From the NCBI GenBank assembly GCA_051294905.1, contig CM119386.1, positions 16,492,001 through 16,556,000 of the forward strand: a stretch of DNA of 64,000 bases. Reading direction: 5' to 3'. The notes beneath the pieces were generated by a model. That model searched no databases and had not been told where the DNA came from. It was given only the letters and a program-made list of their open reading frames with translations. This DNA is from Botryllus schlosseri. Taxonomy: Eukaryota. This document shows positions 13,371 to 26,830 of the stretch, piece after piece (positions within the stretch are counted from its first letter, which is position 1; every line of letters starts with the position of its first letter). A program made the position numbers and the translations under genes.

Positions 13371-13437
13371 CATGCAATAATGGGGTGGGTGTATGATCAA
13401 ATATGCCGTTTTAAATTTGCCATGCAATAATGGGGTA
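13364..13437. repeat. Direct repeat aaatttgccatgcaataatggggt x2 (about 50-bp period)
   Basis: Two identical 24-mers seen directly. Confidence 0.8.
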
Positions 13438-16400
13438 TATGATCAAATATCCCATTTTCTCTCATTTTCACGCTTTCTGTCAGCTACCTCGAAAACATTT
13501 CCTATATTGTTCACAGAAAAAAATGTAATTATCTGTGATAGATTCATAGCCTGCTTTTCTTTATACAACTCGTGGTAAACCGATGCAGACCTATATATAA
13601 AACATAGGACAATAAAATAGCTTGTTCAGCGCAGCTCTGTTTTTTGTATTTATTGAACAATTTTGGCGCTTATCGCCGACGCGGGCATTTGTGCCCGATC
13701 AGGAATATTGTAATGCGCGTATGTCTTTGCGTTCGGTACGCTTTGCGTACGACTTCCAGTCACGAAATCATTAACATCTTCCCCTCTCTCTCTCCCACAC
13801 GTCCTCGCCCGAGTCTGTTGCAGCCGATTTTGTAAGATCGTCTGTTACTTGATTCATCTGGGCTTTTCGTATGACAGCCGCCTATGCAGTGAGGTCAGCG
13901 ATGAGGAGCCTCGATAAACTACCGACACATAGAAGTAAGTCCGAGCCGGGATTGGAACAACTGCCGTTGGCGTCGTCACGCTAGTGTTTAACCAACCGCG
14001 CCACTCGCTTCCCAGTGCAGTTGTTGATTGGCCGCAGAGAAAAGGATAAGTTTAAAATCCATTTGCTCCTATCACAAGCTTATCGCTGAGGTAGCGATGA
14101 TATATCTTATATTCCGTACACATTTTTGTGCATTGAATACAAATGTGGCAGAAGTAAGTCAATGATGCTATACACGAGTGGATGTACACTGTACAGTTAA
14201 TGCTGCATTCTTTTGATGAAATAAGAGAAAAAGTAGTGTATTCCATATGCCGACGCACTGCGCGATAATACTTTTATAAGAGGTATATGCGCAAAAGAGG
14301 AGCTCTGGGGCCACATACTAGCAGTCGGAATATCTTGACAATTACAACAATTCAACAATTCCACTGTGCCTACTGTATGCCCAACACATATGCATATACG
14401 AGTGTAATTCACACGATCTAGCTAGATCAATGGTTCCTAAACAAAAGGCGTGGAAAAATAAGGTGACGCAAAGCCTTCTGATACATTCCGACTTCAAGAA
14501 TTTCAATTTAGTTTTTTGGGTTTTGAGTTGTGCTCAAACGTCGGAGTGATCACCAATGGCAATTATTTATTTTTGTACTGTTTTGTTGTTGTTATTACAT
14601 GATGATAAGGGGTGAGTGGCAAAAATTATTTAGGAATTACTAATTCGTATAGTACAACATGTGCTCAAATCTCGAAATAATTCTCGTACTTTGACTTATG
14701 AGCCGAATTATAAGATATAAACTCACTTTACAAATTAAGACGAATCGCAGCACCAATCGACGAACCTCGTTACAAATTAAAATCGCTACCAACTACAAAG
14801 GGATTTACCAAGTCTTACTTCAAACAAGTCTTCCAACACGGGAGCAGATTATGATGTTTATTTTTCTCATCACAGTGTTTGCATTTGGCAGCATCTTTTT
14901 GTAGGTTACATTTGCAACTTGTGCAAATGGTCTTTGATATCAGTAATCTATTACCCAAAGTAGTGAAGTGCCTTGTTTGACATCGTGCCTGGATCAACAG
15001 ATCTGCGAAGGCGTACTGTTACAAGTTTCCAAACAAACATGTCCCATGTCATATTTTATCCACGCGTCAAAATGCCTTCTGTCGGTATGTGTCAATACGA
15101 CCTCAAAGCATTATATATGTTGATAGTCAGGGATGAATCGAAACCAAGACAAGAAATCGGATTGTAACAGTGTGCTGTTCGAGACAGCTCATGTAGCTTT
15201 ATGCAGTATAGGCCTACACAGTTACATACACTAAAACGTTGACTCCCACAGGAAAGTACTATCGAAGCATTCATAATATTCATCACACGACCCTTTGCCG
15301 CAATATTAAACACATATTTGCAATAGCTCTACTGCATGGATGAAAATATATATTTCAATGTAAGAAAACTTGCTTACTCAAGTGCTATATCCGAACCTCT
15401 GCTGGTCAAGTTGCAGCAATAGATGTAGAAAAAAATAAGTAGCTGTTGCCACACTTATCCGTATCCCCAAAACCAAAACAAGACATATGGTTGCAGAATT
15501 CGGGGTCTCATGACACGCGAGCAATGAATCCTCGAGAAGCTTATCGTCGACCAACTATTCGAATCATAAATTTACCGAGACAATTTGCCTCTTCTACCAT
15601 TTGAACTTGACGTCTCAACGACAATCCATATCCCCATGAAATGCCAAAGATTGAGGAGAGCTTTCTGTACAGTATATACGTTGAGATTATACATAGTTTG
15701 AAAACTATATTTTATCCCGGCGTCGTTGACGACTTCAGTAATTCATTCAACCAGATCGACCCTTCTTGCTTGTCTGAAGTGCGAGCACCTTGTCAATTTT
15801 AACAAGACAACCCACTGTTTAGTTTGCTGTCGTAGGGAAAAATTCAAAACAAAATCTGGACAACAAACGAGAAGTCGGATTTACCCAGTTCAGATGAATC
15901 CACTCGAATAAATGTAAAAGAATGTGTTTAGTCAAGGATCACTAATATGTTCCATCACAGGCTCGCGAAACCGAAACAATCGCTCCCAGACACAGCTTTG
16001 ATAACGCAGCAAACGTGAAAAAGATACAGGTGTCAACTCGAATTGGCTATACGTAAAACAACGATAATATGTCGTAGCACGTGAAGATGAGACTATATCT
16101 GAGCAGGGTACCACCAATACGATATTTTTTGACAGACCCTTTTCGTTGTATCGCAGTCTTGTGGTGTTTTGGTATGATGAAATTATTAATCAACTGATAC
16201 TCTGATTAGCAAAAGTATTGTTACCCTGTAGTCACTGCTGCGCAGAGATCAGTCGAATTATTCTTGTCAATAGCTTGCCAAAAATTTCTATTTGACCCTC
16301 GACATATGCATTGCCTTTTATATCATCCAGATATTAACAGGATAGTATGAGAGAGAATCGAAAGCTGGTTCAATTCAAAGTGACCGTTTGCCCCTATACA

Positions 16401-19049
16401 TCCCACAATTACGTATGTGTCTGGCAAACTCAAACCCCCTTCGTTTGCAAGGCAAATTTGTGTTTAGTCGCAGCACTCGATTTCACGCTGCTCGAATACA
16501 GATGCCCATTTCATCAATTCGCTATCAACAATGATACTTGAGATAAGCTTTCTCTTCAACTATTATTTCATTTCACATAATCGAAATATGGTCACGCGCT
16601 CCTGAAGTGGTTTAAACAGGCCCTACAGCTGGCAACGCGCGAGCAGAAGCAGAAATGTTGATGCCATCTTATGAACTAGTGTATGTCTTCGTGCTCAAGT
16701 GCAAACATAGGCCGCTGTACAGAACCAGCAAGTCCCTGGAAACAGGCGGTGTGACAGCATGTATATTTATCTATTCGTATATTTCATGTGCTAATGTCAT
16801 TATACGGCAGTCTCGCTTAATATATTTTGGTTGGCGATGCCCTGCTGACGAGAGCGTGTTTTGCAAGCATATCGCTATCAACAAGTTAATAGGGTTGTCC
16901 AAATGTCTGAGGGCTAAGCTGTATAAAAGTCGTTGATAAATTTAGAATCAACTTACGTTAGCTAGAATTGATGCTCCTATATTTACACGGTATTTTCAAT
17001 GGCAGTTAATACTCCTGCGGGCAACCAAAGCCGCCCATACCTTACCATCACTTTTTTCAGCATACTTTGAGATGCAAGACTAACAAAGCATGTATATTAA
17101 TATATATCTACAGGTTTTGAAATCAACTTTAGCTACTGCTACTCTTCGGACCGTCGGTTCCCAACCACACAAAGCGTTGATGTTTGAATTTGACTTTTGG
17201 AACCGAATTGAAACTTGCAAATCAACCACTATTTCAAGAACTCCACCCCGTGGCAGTTTGCCAAATGTCATTGATGTTTCAACAAAAGAATGTGGGGCGA
17301 CCCCGCGCGATAAGCCCATCTCCCTGACTTCACGAACGCCATGGGTTAGTTCTATGAGAACACGATACCAGGTGTTGGAGGATTTTCGTGGGTTAGCAAA
17401 TAAACAATGGAATAATCTCAGTTAGGCTTTGTGCCGCTGGCTTGTTCCAGTCGTGTGCACGTGTGAGACGACACAATGACAATGTTTGAAAAATACACGA
17501 TGACACTCTCGCGTTACTTTTGGATCGAGTCTGCGGAAGTGGACTGTTGTAAGAACAAGGGTTTGCGCTATAACATTCACCCTAGTGTGACGATACAAGA
17601 GATGTGACGAAAAGAGCTCGATCCAGCTGTCTTGAACATACCAATGAGAAAGTCTGATCTTGTATAGCATGTTGCAGCGCTAGCATTTGACAGTGAGGAA
17701 GTTTCGATAGCTGGGGTCATTCCGATGTTTCATATATTGGGAAATATGGCGCAGCGTTCCGGGAATACAATCAAAATATGGATATACGTTTAAACACAAT
17801 TCGTAAGAGCTGTGCAGTTTGCACTTCGATACAAATGCCACCACATTTGCCGAAAGTCAAGTTGACATATACAGAGTTCTACAGATATAAATGCAGGTTA
17901 TATAACTCACGAATCATGATATAGGGGCACTAGAAATCGGCGTCAAGGGTGACGCCAAGGTACTTGACAATTTGTTGTAAATAATTCTAACGAACGGGAA
18001 GCAAACGTATCTTTCCTGGAGCACAGGGGGTCTGTTACATTTTTCAGAATCGTAGAAACCCATTCGGTTATTGGATGAATGCTTATATGCTCGTAGGAGC
18101 GTTAGATGGTATGTAAGGTTACCTTTTTATTTCACATTCGGAGTAAAGGTAGCTAGGAACATCGAATAATAATGCTGTGTTGCAAAGATAATAGAATATG
18201 CAGAAATGGCTGTATCTTTCAGAAAAAGACAAGCGGATTTTGATATCATTGATAAATTTCACGGAATTTATCAAGGTAACCGGGCCAACATGAGTTATGT
18301 GTTACGGCAAACATTATCTTCCTTCCATTTCATTTTTAGTCGCTCATTTGGATCGCAATGGCGCAGTCTATAAGTAAGACGCTCAGTACATGCTGCACAT
18401 CAAGTACACGCTGCTTGGAGGTTACTTCTCTATCGTCCATTTTGTATGAGGCACAAGTGAGAGAGAAAGTGACAGTGACCCCTACTTATTTTCCAAACAT
18501 TTTATCTCTTCCACAGAAGCCATGTATGTATATAACAGGGGCGTGTGAGCGTTATGCGAGTTTGAAAACTCCGAAGCGTTATACAGAAAGTTCTCCAGGA
18601 AATGGCCATCCGTTGTGTCGGGTGCTGTTCGTTTTTAGATATTTGAAAGCAGCAGGTGTTGGTCAAATTATAGGTGGAAAGTCTGTTACAGTAAAATGCA
18701 TGCTCCAAAAATTTCTTGTATTGTGATTGCTATTGTTTTGGTGATATCCAGGACCCATCGAAAAGAAAAAAAAAACGTCGTCTGCTTCGAGCTAGGGATA
18801 CAGACACAGAGGCATGCTTTCGCCGTAGTGTATCGATGTGATGGATGTAAGCTGCCGGATGACCACGCGCCATAGACGGGCCGCGTTAGTTTGATATCGC
18901 CGATGTTATTCGAGAGTGACTCTGGTAGTGACACATGACATTTGATCAATATACTTCTGGTGATTTCCGAACTAGGATATAATATTAGCAACATTTGGAA
19001 TACGGCATCATACAGTTGTCGCGTTTTGAGGGAGCATTACTGTGAAATG

Positions 19050-19730
19050 CTGACTCGCTTAAACTTGGTTACGCGTAGGGCTATAGTTGTTGTAAAATGT
19101 GAATGGCTTAGTGTACGTATTGCGAAGATAATTCTTTATTCAAGTCACAGACTTCCGGACTTTCCTCTGAAAAATTGCAATCAACCGCAAGTTGTTTTTC
19201 TGTAAATGTGTTATAACGATTCGGGTGAATTTCCTAAAAATTCGTTCATACTATAATCGCGGTCGCCGGTGTCTCAGATGATATTTTAGCAACGGTTATA
19301 CGTATCGAGGCATTCCAGGCACTTAGAAATTTACCAGAGACTGAAAGTTATTTGTTAATTCGAGGGTTGCATTGATATGAATCTACCAAAATTACTGAAT
19401 GCATAGGTTTGAGTTTCTCACGTCAGAGTTATCTTCAGGTCAACCGTAGTTTCCGTGAGTTACAAGAATGATCGCGGCGAGATTACATTTATTTTATTTT
19501 ATTCCCTCTCCGCAAGGGCAATGATGAGGGACTGATCGAAATATGATATCCTTTATTTTCTCCGGTATAGACAACTGCAATAGCCCAAGCAGATCCCTAG
19601 CCATACATGTTGAGGGTAATGGAAATAATTCTTTTGCGGTGAGGAAATCGAGTCGTCTTCTGAGACGTAATTGCTTAGTTAAATACATTTGTTAGCATCT
19701 GTTTCGGACGTTGAAGTCAAGATCTTCGCA
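19050..19730 (-). mobile_element. Possible highly decayed Penelope-like reverse transcriptase
   Basis: Ordered fragments FNV..MLTNV (about 19684-19715), RYV* (19299-19307) and IYRKTT (about 19190-19207) resemble FDV.SLFTNV, RYVDD and VYRKPT. The spacing is imperfect and there are many stops. Confidence 0.25.
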
Positions 19731-20689
19731 TATCCCAAGTATCTATGGTACAATCACGCGTGTTCCAGGATCCGCCAAAGTTGCAAACCCTATCTTGATA
19801 AATCATAGGGATCTATGAAAACTTCAGTATCTTATTTAAGGGGCAGGTCGCTTAAACGTTTGTCTGAAGAAACATTCAAATCTTCGGCATGTTGCCGTCT
19901 GGCGCCCTGCCAAACATTTGAACAGGGAGGCAGTACAATGTACCCAGAGCGATCGAGGATGAATATATTATTTAATACGTCAAATGAACGTGACATAGGC
20001 GCAAGGATGCTTTTCGCTGTTAAGGCTGTGTATTTGTCCTCAATAAGACACTTTGCATGCAGCGATCACAATGTTTCACAATGTAAAATGTTATTTGGTA
20101 GAAACTCATGATTTTTTAATGTCGATTTGTAGACACTTGTGTCAGAATCAGTGGTTCGAAGAGATTTGATAAAACTTTGGTTTACCATCGACCCATATTC
20201 TTGCTGCCCTCCAGTGAAGCGAGTAGTCAAGTCATAATGCTATCGCGTGGCTGGATATGTCAAACCCTTGTCCCACAACAAACGAAATAGCGAAATATTA
20301 CAACATTATTATTTTGAATATTCGCTTATAGCAGACGAGTCAGTTATTGTATAATATTTGAAGAAAGTTCTGAACACGGATGTAGCAATGTAGTTGAGTG
20401 CATATACCGACTTTTATATTTGAAAATCGAAGTAGCAGAGTGATTCGATTAGGATTCGAGGAATAGGCTTCTATAGTCGAGCATTTGATTATACGTCGCG
20501 GCTTTCATTATTTCTCTGAAATTTCTTGGTCATATTTACGTTGATCACATTGTTTCAAATCTAATTATAGCCAAAATGTCCAAAACGTACAAAAATGTCC
20601 AAAGTGGATATAAGCTATACTTTGAGTCCACAGCGAGGAATGACGGCGTAACAGTATGGATGCTGTGGAAAAATTAAAATATGTATCCT

Positions 20690-20880
20690 TTAGCGAACAC
20701 AGAAAATAATCCCATTTATGCATTACATTAACTTAATTCGATGTTTTACGACCATACCCATTTCATCGCACTTTGTGATGATGTCCTGGGTTGATCACTG
20801 CTTCACAGAAATTTCGTTTCCACTCACATGCGTTCCTTTGTGTTGTCTGTCCCAGATGCTGCTTTACAACCGATTTAGAT
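20690..20880 (+). repeat. Internal fragment of the TAGGGCTGGGCA MITE family
   Basis: accatacccatttcatcgcactttg… is shared with 49100-49260, 53600-53800 and the reverse complement of 58262-58525. Confidence 0.65.
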
Positions 20881-23800
20881 TTAACGGTTTCCACGGAGGG
20901 AAGCAAGTGTCGACGATAAAATTCCCGTTGATCTATAACTTGCACTGGCAACGGCCGATTTCAGTACCCGAATACTTGTGTCAACCCTAGCCATGATGAG
21001 CCACGAATATATACACATAGCAAGAATTTGTCAGTATAATTTACATACATTTTAACTATTAATGCCATTTCGAGAGGTTTCCTGTGAATGATAAGATCTC
21101 GGCCATATCAGTTTTCGATCTCTGTGCGATGGCGATAAGATTTCCGTCAAGCATTTGTGACGCTGCGGTCAAATAGATGATCTGTGTTATTTCCTTGTTT
21201 GCAACCGCAAAATATATGCGACTTCGTTGGTGAATACTTCCGAAATCATAGCAGTCAAATTACACATTTGGTATAGCGGGAAATTTATATTCGTTAGGGC
21301 TTCATATTTCTATTAGAGCGCCGCCTAAACCTGTTTAACATTACTGTGGATGATAGCTGGTAGAGGAGTTAGATTGACATTATAGCGTAAGGATAAGCAG
21401 AATGTTTTCAATTAGCAGATGATTAGTTTAACAAATAGCTGCAACTCCTTTCAGCGTGCGTGCATAATGAGAGACAAAAAACTCTATTTAAAGACAAATT
21501 CTCGGGTTTCGTTTATGTTAGATATTTTGAGCTGTTGGTATGCGAGTGAAACAAACTGATGGAACTTAAGACTGTATGTGAATCTAAAGGTGTGATCTCA
21601 TCTGATTTTTCTGTATTTCATCGGAAATCACTGTCGACTACTGATGAGAGACAGCCGAAAAGCTTGCAGTGAATAAATTAACAATACGAACATATTGTTT
21701 TGTTTAATACGATCGCCCATGCCCAAGAGCACGATATACTATGGAATCGCTGCCGCCGTTATGTTTCATTCCGTGGATTAGTTACTCAGAGAATCGGTGT
21801 TTCACACGGATATAACATCTAAAACTACTCTTAAGATATGTATGTCTAAACTTATAGTGGTTGCGAGAATATTCATTTCTAGTTATTATATTCTTACCTA
21901 CAATATCAAGCACGCCGGGTTTACATATCCACAACGAATGTTGACAACTGATGCAGATTACGCGTGGGAGCACCTTGCGCTGTTGCATTGATTACGATCG
22001 CCAAAACAGATTGCCAAAAAGTCGTTCTTGCAATGCGCGTTGAGAAAATGCAATTGAGAGATAAGAAGTTCAGCAAAGACGGCTGACCCCCAGGTGTTGC
22101 GTTACAAATAAGTGCATCTTCATTGTAGATATTTATAGGAAGTCCTGCGCTGAAATCCCATAGAAAGTTTCTTGCATGCAGGTTTCGAATTAAATCGAAT
22201 ATTGAAACAACAGTAAATATATTTACCGCATTTAGGCAACATGCTTATCTCAGCTTTCCTGCATGCGATTGTGCTGAAGTTAATATATGCTATAGTGATC
22301 AGAGACATGGGACAATATTCTGAATGTTTAGAGATATGGCATAATTAATAAGGCGTTCTTGTGCGTATCAATGTCATTTGCGAATATGATATATCATAGT
22401 CCTATCGTTCGAATTGTTTCCATAGACGAATAGTCTGTTCTTATATATTTTTGTTCGACTCTCATAATGAATTATTCCCGTTTCGTTCTGTGCATTCTTG
22501 AGTCGTATATTTTAAGTCAGTTGCTACTGGTAAATGTAATGAGACTAGCAAGTCGCGAACACTTTATGTTTGTCTAATTCTAGTGAAACGAAGACGGGAA
22601 TGAGTGGGTATACTGTGTATACTTGAATATCCTTGCTTCATGAAATGCTCAACAAAATTTTAATTATTTATCGATACAAATACTTGCACGCCATAACGTG
22701 GTGTGTCTCACAGAGCTGCGAATAAATAACAAAAGTAATCATAATAAGGCATTATAACTACTTGACTGGTGTGTTCAACACCAATGTTCAATTCTCAGAC
22801 AGCAGTCACGAAACTGCGTGTATGGATCGACAACTTAGTAGCCATACGTGACGATGACATGCTATTTACTCTCGGTGGCAGGTAGACCATTTTGTCGCGC
22901 GACCTGCAGGTATATCGGAGAGAGGTTCTTTACACACTGCATTTGTATAATATGATATTGGTAAGCTATTTAGACGAGAAAATGCTTCTTAGCGGACCGT
23001 CGATAATAGTAATCATTTTAAATATAAATCAGTGATATTCGAGGGACACCTATTTTAATCGACATTTTGAGATATCAGATCAGCCTATTTATATACATCG
23101 TCCGTGTGTCATATATATACGTACAAAATCGTATAAATCAGACTCAAGATAAGATTTTAAGAATATGTGGATCTCACGTTGCTCGGACTAAGAGATCCCA
23201 GAAGTTTTCGATCAGTTGCTCCTTGTGATATCAGATAGTGAAATTACAGCAAAGAAAGTAGTCGTAATGGTGTTTTATAACATAAGATTCGTCGCTGGTT
23301 GACAGTGATTATGAGGAAATTGTGGTTTTCACATCGGCCATCCCGCGACTGATTGCAATGTAATCGTGATTATCATGATACCCTCCATAAGAATCAAAGT
23401 CAAATATCAATTCGATTACACTTTAATGATAGGGTTGTTCCCAGCTGCTTTTATACAATGCAAAAGGAAGAAGAGTATAAAGGGAATTGTTGAAATCCAA
23501 TATCTAATGTGTCGGAGATACTGATCTTAATGCTGAAAATAACGGAACAAGTGTTCAGCGTTGACAAATGGTTGTTTCATACAAGTGATATCGTGTAGCG
23601 ATCGAGATCAAGATATTTTATTCCTGTGGTATGATATTTATAATTCATGACCTTCCAGTGTCGTGCGGCATGGCAAACAGTGTTTGATCAAATCACAGTG
23701 TTCGTTATATTAATGTCTGTGTCTGCAAATGTCTGATACCTATGCTTGTTTAATTTAGATTTATAGCCTTTGCGTCTCAATCCTAATTTTACACTCCTCA

Positions 23801-25312
23801 ATCATGCTCCCAGTCGCCTCCAGACATCTCATGCTTGGTGGGAAATCTAAAATGCGCATTTTTGATTACTATTTTCGTATAAAAAGACTCACTTTGAAAT
23901 ATAATCTGGTCTGCTGACCATAGTATATTGATCTATGTGCTGGTATACGCAAATTAGATCGCTAACACCCATGACTTTTTGCTTGTCTGTGGGTTTGAGA
24001 ATGAGAATTAGAACATCATATTGTGCACTATACGTAATCTGAAGCAGACTTAACGACAAAATCGATTTTTCTGTCGTTAGCAATACTGTTAGAGCTTTTA
24101 AGCGCGAGTACCATGCTCGTAGGCAAGTTCACAATTTGCACAAAATGGCGCGCATTCGGTGTGTAATGTACACGCGCAGCAAGCATTCGTATTCAACTGT
24201 CACGTTATCCTACGGTAATCACTAAATATTTCGACATACTTCGATAATTTTGTGAGTCCCTTTAACTGCTGGGACGAGATACGCATTGGTCAGTCATCTA
24301 AATTACAAGAACATGGTCACAGCAGGAAAGCATGTTGATACTATCTACTATACCAGACGCGCATGAAGAATGAAGATGCGAGAATTACTTATCAAGTGTC
24401 GCAAGGAGCGCGGTAATTTAACTAAGCTTTCACGAAATATTGAGATATAGTTTTGCCAAATTTGAACAATTGCTGATGTTTTCGTTTGCGTGGTTTTGAA
24501 TACCGAATTGTGCATTCTTAAATGCCTGAATATAATTCAAAGGGAGAGAATTTGAATGTCAAATTGGTCGAGAATAACATATTCGGCAAAGGAAAGAGGC
24601 AGAAAAGTTGAGACTTCGCTGATGCGTGAAACTATTTATTTTCAAACAAGTTAACACTATAATAGACGAAAGCATTTGTAACTTTCTAGCACAATAAATA
24701 TAGCAACTGTAAATCAGCTTGATGCCAGGTATTGCAGAGCTGTCAATATTCCAACTGGTAATGTACACTATCCGTGTGTAAACTTGGGTACATTGGGTAT
24801 GACAACTTGTATGTCCGAGAAACTTGTATCCTATATCTTGTCGCAAATAAATGAAATCTTCGAACAGGATTAATCGGTAAAATAAAGAGCCATTGAATTG
24901 TGGCTTGTAGATAAATACCGAGGAAGTATCACGGAATCAAACTAGATGATACTATTAGAAACCAGTAATTACGTCAAAATGCTATCATTTCAAGGTGCCT
25001 TTCTCGTGCTCTTTTATTTTGTTCTAAAAATAAGCCCGAACAAACCAATACCACGCCACCATGAAGAATGAACATTTCTTTAGAGGCTCTGCTATCAGAA
25101 TTCCACAATCGAATATGTTGCTGAGCTCTGCGATTGTGCCTAAAGAGCACTTCGATACAGTAATGATGGGACTTTACATCAGTTATGCCATGTACAATTC
25201 TACACAATCATAATGCAAGGAAGGAAAACACGATATATTGCTGCTACTGCTGCAAACCGGCAGCGAGAATTCAGAGCAGCGATTGACGCTCAGAGCGACG
25301 CGAATATACCGT

Positions 25313-25374
25313 ATGTCCACCAGCAACAGTCCAGCAGATTACGCATTGTCTAATACGCATATCGACAACATACG
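25313..25374 (+). CDS. Lmx1: Putative Lmx1 coding exon 1 (MSTSNSPADYALSNTHIDNI-R)
   Basis: ATG at 25313 and an open frame to donor CG|GTGAAT (phase 2), matching the phase-2 acceptor at 25647. The support is phase compatibility only; there is no homology. Confidence 0.35.
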
Positions 25375-25646
25375 GTGAATATTAAGCAAAAATACGTGCT
25401 AATGAATGCTGGGTTAGGAATTGACATCAATTAAACTTGTAGGGTTTCTAGCATCTACTGATTACATGCTCGTAGTAAACGTGAGGTACGCAGCAAACTT
25501 CCACGGCAATCAAAATGAGAATTTCCAATCTAAGTACTCGGGAAACTAATTAATCGCACGTTCGTGATATTTCAGCCAAACAACTGTAAGATTTAGGCTA
25601 TGATTATGGGATTTTCAAGCATAATTTTTACCTGAATTCCTGGTAG

Positions 25647-25762
25647 AAGACGCCGATCGCTGTATACGAAGAAAGGCAACATTCTGAAACACGAGAGCAG
25701 AGACAGGCCCGCATGGGAAATCGAAATGACAAAAATGGAGGACGAAGCAATCTCAGGGGAAG
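25647..25762 (+). CDS. Lmx1: Putative Lmx1 coding exon 2 (RRRSLYTKKGNILKHESRDRPAWEIEMTKMEDEAISGE); ATGs at 25726 and 25735 are alternative starts
   Basis: Acceptor tttttacctgaattcctggTAG| and strong donor AG|GTAAGG (phase 1), matching the acceptor at 32296. KMED resembles the KMEE of vertebrate LMX1A/B exon 1, which is also followed by a phase-1 intron before LIM1 (recalled). Confidence 0.55.
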
Positions 25763-26764
25763 GTAAGGCCGAATACTCGTATGCAGTTTGCCACGTCGAA
25801 GTTTAACGGAGGACGCTGCAACCGTAAATATGGCGTTCAAGAATGTTATGTGTGTTGTGTTGTTGGGAATCAATAGCTGCAGAAAAACACACAAACCAGA
25901 AATGGACTGTCACGGGACTCGTTAATTGCAATAATCGCCATGGGCGGTTAGCTGCAGACACAATGCAAAGTTCTTAGCAATGAAGTAGAGTCATAAATAG
26001 TCACAATGTACAAAATATAAAATTAGACAGGGTTTTGCTAATATTTACTATATATTGGTGGTATCTTTTCCTTGCTTACAAATGCGTCGTTGAAATTCTC
26101 CATATTACACAGATTCTCAGGTACGCGACAAATCGTTTGGAATTTTGGAAAAGAACTGTATAAATACTTAAAATCGGGCATTCAGACAAGCATGTGCGAC
26201 TTAAAAATACTTTAACAGCTGCAATAGATCTTAAACAAGCACATACGACGATAGAACCGACTATGGCATTTGCGATAGAGCATAGTGTAGCGTTACTTCT
26301 CAAAATTCGCTGATAACAATTTTAGCTGGGTAGTTTATCCGATTGGAAGCAATTAATCAAGAAATCTTTCTGCAGAAGAATAAGAAAAGCTCATTGATTT
26401 ATGGAACGATCCGATTTTAAAGCACTGTTTCAGCCTATATCATGATCGGTGCAGAAGCAATCAAAATTTTAACTCGATTTGCATATTCATGGATATGTGA
26501 ACACTGAGCATGACTATTATGTTTTAAATGAAATTTAAAAAAAATCTGTAAACGAGGGACAACTTGAAATTGACAAGAAAAGGCCGGTTTATTTTATACT
26601 ATGTAACCTTGTACCATTAGTATATATGTTCTCATAAATAAGCACATTCATCGCCATAACAGATGATTTTTTTTCTCATCTGGTAAGTGTGCTGCAACAG
26701 TTCTATAACTTTTCTACTGTGTCACTAGCTGAAAAAGGTATGGAAACCACTGGATTACACGATT

Positions 26765-26830
26765 GGTCCGCTGGCCTAGTGGTGCGTGACCACCTGATTG
26801 GTCACGGTGTGTATCAAGTTTGAAATAACC
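26765..26830 (+). ncRNA. tRNA-like Pol III type-2 promoter (tRNA-derived SINE head or tRNA pseudogene)
   Basis: GGTCCGC then a perfect A-box TGGCCTAGTGG (26772-26782); B-box-like GTTTGAAAT at 26818 (tRNA-like spacing, with a C-to-T change); an 8-bp hairpin cgtgacca/tggtcacg between them. There is no acceptor-stem pairing, so it is not a functional tRNA. Confidence 0.4.

Noticed and set aside
18358-18994. 122-aa and 102-aa ORFs
   Set aside because: No motif, homology or consistent exon chain; within chance expectation for 64 kb.
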